DNA of 64,000 nucleotides from Takakia lepidozioides (Eukaryota; Plantae; Bryophyta), in the NCBI GenBank assembly GCA_030704615.1, contig CM060731.1, forward strand, positions 96,038,001 through 96,102,000, read 5' to 3'. Positions within the stretch are counted from its first letter, which is position 1; every line of letters begins with the position of its first letter. Positions 60,720-64,000 of this stretch are shown here, in pieces. Made by a program: the position numbers and the translations under genes. A model generated the notes under the pieces. The model was not told where the DNA came from, searched no databases, and saw only the letters and a list, made by a program, of their open reading frames with translations.

Positions 60720-63700
60720 CAGGTACCAAGTTTGTTTAAAATAAAATAAAAATGTTTCTCTCGGCGACTAGGGAGGCGTGGCGGACGACCGCCCGTTGGC
60801 GGTCCAATTTTTTTTTCTCTTTTTGTTGCCCAGGGTGACCGTATTGGTGGTCACCTAGCGGGAGGGGGGTGAGGCGAGGTGCCCGGCCGGGCGACCGCTA
60901 TGGGCGGTCGCCGCCTGTATTTGTGACGGGTTGGCTTGTGGGTGGGGCGACCGCCCCCATCGGTCGCCTGGCGATGCTTTCGCCCAGGGCGGGAGGGGAG
61001 GGGGTGTGTTGGGGCTAGGGCTTGGGCGCCTAGGCCCGGTTCGGTCGCCCGCAAGGGGATTGTGGCGGGTTGGGCGACCACCACAAACGGTCGCCATAGT
61101 GGCGGTCGCCAGGGGGGGCGGGGCTTTTGCCTTCCGCCGGTGGCCTTGCGGGGAGTGGGTGGGGGTGGGGCGACCGCTGAAAGACGGTCGCCGCCGACGT
61201 GGCAGACACCGTTGGGAGTACTTGGTGGTCGCCCGAGTGTGTGGCAACAATCGCCTGGAGGCTGGGACAGTATATAAGCTCTTCGTGGAGACACCTTCTT
61301 ACTTCACTTGTGGCATCCACTTTTGTGAGCTGGGACGTACACCGTTCTTTGTATGAGAGTGGTGCGCAAGAGGAGGCTACAAGAGATGTCGCGGCCCCTT
61401 TGCCTTGAGGGCAGGGGGGTCGGGACACACGAGGGGCTGCCCCTGTGGTGGGGGCAGCGGCAGCGATAGGTATGGGGGGGCTGAAGCACCCTTGAGTGCC
61501 CAAGGCACTCAAGGAAGCGGAGGCGCTCACTAGGTGGAGCCCCGCACACCGGGTTGCGGTGGGGGTGGCTCCACAAGGGTGGTGGTAGCTTAGCGGGACT
61601 TAGTGGGGGTGGCATAGGACTCACCATGGGGGCGGAGACCTCGTGGTGGGAGTCGTGGGGAGTCTTGGGACTCATCACGGTCCATAGGGGCCGTGGTGAG
61701 TGGGCCAAGACTCACCGCGACTCATCACCGGGAGTCGAGGGTTTTCGTGGTGGTTCGCCATAAAATGGCATGGCTGGTTGTGAAACCCCCGCGGACAGCT
61801 ACAGAAGTATATATAAGGGGAGTAGTGACCCCGAGAACGGTGCAAGCCCGTTGGTGACCAAAAACTAGTGAGTAAGCGAGCGAGCCGGAAAGCGACCAAA
61901 GAGTGGGGAGCTGTTCCGGACTGCCAACTACCAAAGGGAATTCCCGCTGGTTCCAAATCGGTGGAGGGTTCTTTGGGAGTTCAAAGGGGGACCGTTATGC
62001 CCCAGTGAACAGCCGAAGCTCCAAGTTGGCCCGGCGGCCAGGTTGGGAGTTAGGCGCGCGCATCAAGCTAGCAACTATGACTTAATGGGGAGCTTACCGA
62101 AGTGAGGTGCGCGACAAGAGAGGTCTTTCCTGTTCATGCCATTCTGTTGGCATACACCGCACATGATCACTTGAAGTGTGTGATCCACTCTTGGATCCAC
62201 CATTTTTTTTCTTCATTATTACTGTAGGATCCCTCTACAAAATGAAAAATGAATGGACCCCTTGGTACACAAGAGTTCTGCAAACAAGGGACTGTGTTGA
62301 GTGCAAGCTTTGTTGGAATAAATTGCATTATCGCAAAGATCGGATGCTGACTCATTTGGGGTACAGGGATTGCAATGGTCGAAACCCTGGGGTGGGTTTA
62401 TGCTCAAAAGCATCCATGCGGGTGAAAGCTCATTTCGCGCAATGTGGAGGGGTTGTTTCGGGAGCCATTGGAGGATGGGAACCTCGCAGAAGGCAGCACA
62501 CCGAATTGCGGTCAGGAGATTAATCCCCCTCATGCAGAAGCAGCACGTTTGTGTCCGGAAGCACCATTCAGTTGTACGCAATGGGACTCTTGCGAGGTAT
62601 CTGGTACATTGGGACAGGGGGGTCGAGATGCAATCACACCACAAAGATACAATAGGATCTCAAAGAAGTACAATCCTGCGACAACAATCCATTTCGGAGG
62701 GATTGAATGTGACAGCGAAGAGGGCGTTAGATAAGAAGTGGACAATGTTTTTCTATGTGGCCAACATACCATTCAACGTGGCACGGCTCCCATCGTTTGT
62801 TTCAACTGTGAGAACAAATTCGGAGTCAAAATGCACGTACACACCACCTCCTTACAATGCTCTATGTACGGGATTGTTGGAAGAGGCCATGACTGACCTT
62901 TCAAAACGAGTAACAGATCGAACCGGGGATTCATTGTGAAAATATGGAAGTACATTATGTGCCGATGGTTGGAGCTCTGTCACAAACCGACCATTATTCA
63001 ACATCATGCTCATATGTCCAGCGGGGGAACAATTTATAAGAGCTATTGACACAACCGGGGAACGGAAGGATGCACGTTACCAGTTTCTGGTGCTATCAAA
63101 AGCTAGTGACTCTGTTGGACCGGAGAAAATTGTGCAAATTTGTACGGACAATACCTCGAACATGAGAAATATGGCCTAGTTATTTTTGGCTCAGTACCCT
63201 CACATGTATTATCAAGGATGTTGTGCTCATATCCTCGACCTACTGTTAGAAGATTGCGGAAAAGAGCAATGGGTGAAAGACCTTGTGAAGCAGGCCAAGT
63301 CTATTGTGAAGTTCATCCGAAACCACCACATGCCTTTGGCAATATATAGGAGGCACGAACCAAAATACAGCCTAAAGAATCCAGGGGAAACTCGGTTTGC
63401 CACCAACTTCCTGATGGTGGACAGGTTGGTGACTGTGAGGTCCGCGCTCGAGCACACTGTTATTGACCCACAGTGGGAAGTCCACGTATGGACGTTGCGG
63501 GACTCTCGGAAGAACAAGTCACTGAGCAAAAGTCGAAAGGTCAGAAAGACCGTTCGATCAGATGATTTCTGGTCCAAGTGCGAGAATTTTGTGCACATGG
63601 TGGAGCCAGCCCTTGTTGTGTTATGGGAGTTCGATGGAAAGAAACCAGTTATGGGAAAGGCATGGTAGCTATTGAGGAACCTTCAGCAACATATATTTTC

Positions 63701-63760
63701 ATTGAAAGACCCTCCATTCTCAGTAGATGCAGAGTTGGCGAGAAGGTTCTTCAACATATT
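60720..63760 (+). mobile_element. Degenerate hAT transposon (DUF659-type) with GGCGACC/GGTCGCC subterminal repeats, interrupted by a solo LTR
   Basis: BED-like CKLC..H; FFYVANIPFNVA; CADGWSSVTNRP; CCAHILDLLLED; ETRFAT. Repeats at 60760-61260. The left boundary is tentative. Confidence 0.82.
61387..62116 (+). mobile_element. Solo LTR of the same chromovirus family, TSD AGAGA
   Basis: Reverse complement of the 45323-46050 LTR. AGAGA at 61382-61386 and 62117-62121. Confidence 0.95.
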
Positions 63761-64000
63761 TTAGCCTGTTTTTCCCCATTATCATAGTTGTCCCTAAATT
63801 TCCAGATGGCCGGATTTCAAGCTCGAGATTACCTATGATTCCCTGTGGAAAGATAGCTACAAGAAACCTGCATGGGTAGATGATCAGCTGGAAGCCGCAG
63901 CAGCAGCGGCACAATTGATTAAATCAGACACTGCTAGTGAAGACACCTTCTTCAACACATTTCACCCTGTTTTTCCCTTTTATCAGAATCGGCCCTAAAT

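Overview
Eukaryotic, plant-type DNA (spliceosomal introns, CCCTAAA repeats, tRNA-iMet-primed chromovirus; probably a bryophyte or other early-diverging plant, which is inference). It is almost entirely nested transposable elements, with no recognisable host gene. The main feature is a complete ~14.7-kb Mutator-like (MULE) DNA transposon at 13692-28403, with short TIRs and an 8-bp TSD, inserted into a Ty3/gypsy integrase. It carries two divergent genes: an apparently intact 2-exon GCM-like/DDE/SWIM transposase, and a ~10-exon, ~1,500-aa cargo gene joining a ParB/Sulfiredoxin-like domain (DGNHRLLA) to a prokaryote-style beta-class amino (N4C/N6A) DNA methyltransferase domain. Between and inside these genes lie dozens of copies of the palindrome (GG)ATGGAAATTCGGCGCCGAATTTCCAT(CC), arranged in mirror-symmetric arrays around a large inverted repeat; this resembles a ParB-parS arrangement. 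Two more partial copies (1-2475 and 43797-55774) and pieces of related families are present. The window also holds a gypsy-type retrotransposon remnant with a C5 cytosine methyltransferase start, a full-length chromovirus plus a truncated copy and a solo LTR, another solo LTR, CACTA, hAT and RLE-type LINE remnants, and a ~120-bp satellite. All coordinates and gene models were derived by eye.
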